Below are positions 26,597 to 27,592 of a stretch of DNA of 27,592 nt, in pieces; position 1 is the stretch's first letter, and each line of letters opens with the position of its first letter. Source of the DNA: a virus (taxonomy: Duplodnaviria; Heunggongvirae; Uroviricota; Caudoviricetes); IMG/VR virus record IMGVR_UViG_2522572164_000008; one strand, written 5' to 3'. The notes under the pieces are model-generated. The model saw nothing but the letters and a program-made list of their open reading frames with translations. It searched no databases and was not told the origin of the DNA. Made by a program: the position numbers and the translations under genes.

Positions 26597-27592
26597 ATGG
26601 ATACGAGAGTGGCGACGATAATCAAAAATATAGCAATCAAAGGTCTTTTTAAACGGAAGGACATTGATTGGAGTTTAAAAGATGTGAATGTTTTAGTGGG
26701 TAAAAATGGCTCAGGTAAGAGCACGATAATTCAAAGTGTTTTTGCCCTCTTAAAACAAGAATTAAATGAAAGTTTAAGTAATGCTGCGTTGGCTCAAATA
26801 ACATTGGCCAATGGAGGCACAATTACTCACAAAGTTAATTTTCGCGAAATTGACTCTGTCCAGCTTCTAAACCTACTTAATAACCTTAAGAAAAACAGTA
26901 TTAAAGGTAAATCAAAGGGTAAGGAAATAAAGGAGTTAAATGAACTTATTGAGTTGCTTGAATCGAAAAAAGAAGACACTGAAATTAAAGAGTTCGGGAT
27001 GGGAACTGTTAGCGTAAGTGATAATATTAAAAACACTAAGCGAATAAATGTTGAGTTAATATCAACTATCAATATGAGTGCCAATTCCATCTATGAATTC
27101 AAAAAAAGTGATGGTGAGCGCACCACAATTCTTGATATGGAAATTGCTGGTGAATTAGAAAGGTTAAAGAATACTTTCAAAGTAAGTGAGTCTAAAGGTA
27201 TTCTCATAAAGGATAAGTTGGAATCAGCTATAAATAATTTATTTTCTGAATGTAACAAAGTTGTTTCTTTTAGTAATGGTAACATTTCTATTAAGATGAG
27301 TGATTCTGGTGAAGATATTAGGTATAATCTTCTTTCATCAGGTGAACGTCAGTTGTTATATATTCTGATTAAAACAGCTAATACTTCATTGGATGAATCT
27401 GTCTTGTTGATGGATGAGCCAGAAATATCCTTGCACCTTACGTGGCAAGAAAGATTAATAAGCACCATCAAATCAATTAACGATAATTGTCAGTTAATTA
27501 TTGTTACTCATAGTCCTGCAATATTAATGAAAGGCTGGATGGATTCTTTCGTAGATATAAAAAATATTTCAAAGGAATCTTCTCATGACTGA
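26597..27592 (+). CDS. ABC-type/SMC-like ATPase (331 aa), defence-associated type
   Basis: Walker A GKNGSGKST, ABC signature LSSGERQ, Walker B LLMDEPE, H-loop IVTHSP; very AT-rich versus island backbone; TATAAT at 26573-26578 upstream. Confidence 0.85.
   Translation: MDTRVATIIKNIAIKGLFKRKDIDWSLKDVNVLVGKNGSGKSTIIQSVFALLKQELNESLSNAALAQITLANGGTITHKVNFREIDSVQLLNLLNNLKKNSIKGKSKGKEIKELNELIELLESKKEDTEIKEFGMGTVSVSDNIKNTKRINVELISTINMSANSIYEFKKSDGERTTILDMEIAGELERLKNTFKVSESKGILIKDKLESAINNLFSECNKVVSFSNGNISIKMSDSGEDIRYNLLSSGERQLLYILIKTANTSLDESVLLMDEPEISLHLTWQERLISTIKSINDNCQLIIVTHSPAILMKGWMDSFVDIKNISKESSHD
27585..27592 (+). CDS. Start of a translationally coupled downstream gene (truncated by the window end)
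   Basis: ATG at 27585 overlaps the ATPase stop (ATGACTGA) with AAGGAA 8 nt upstream; only 2.7 codons visible. Confidence 0.3.

Overview
This 27.6-kb window is a mosaic accessory region, apparently enterobacterial (a complete IS5 is present), with no rRNA, tRNA or CRISPR array detected by eye. Two integrative modules sit back-to-back. Module 1 (about 700-13479) has a serine resolvase, a 1.7-kb repeat-rich non-coding region, and an AT-rich same-strand array of 13 uncharacterised genes (2945-10835), ending in a tyrosine integrase on the minus strand that is split by IS5 (11821-13015, 4-bp TTAG duplication). Module 2 (13720 to beyond the window end) resembles a P4-integrase/AlpA satellite or PICI-like island: integrase, AlpA, antirepressor-like protein, a divergent RHH regulator with a palindromic operator, a large P-loop replication protein followed by a 12-copy iteron array, FinO/ProQ-like and PerC-like proteins, then AT-rich cargo. 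The best candidate for an undescribed system is the AT-rich ABC-type ATPase at 26597-27592, whose translationally coupled partner gene is cut off by the window edge. The second candidate is the 2945-10835 array, which I cannot place in any known family. All protein family calls are from motif recollection only; no database search was run.
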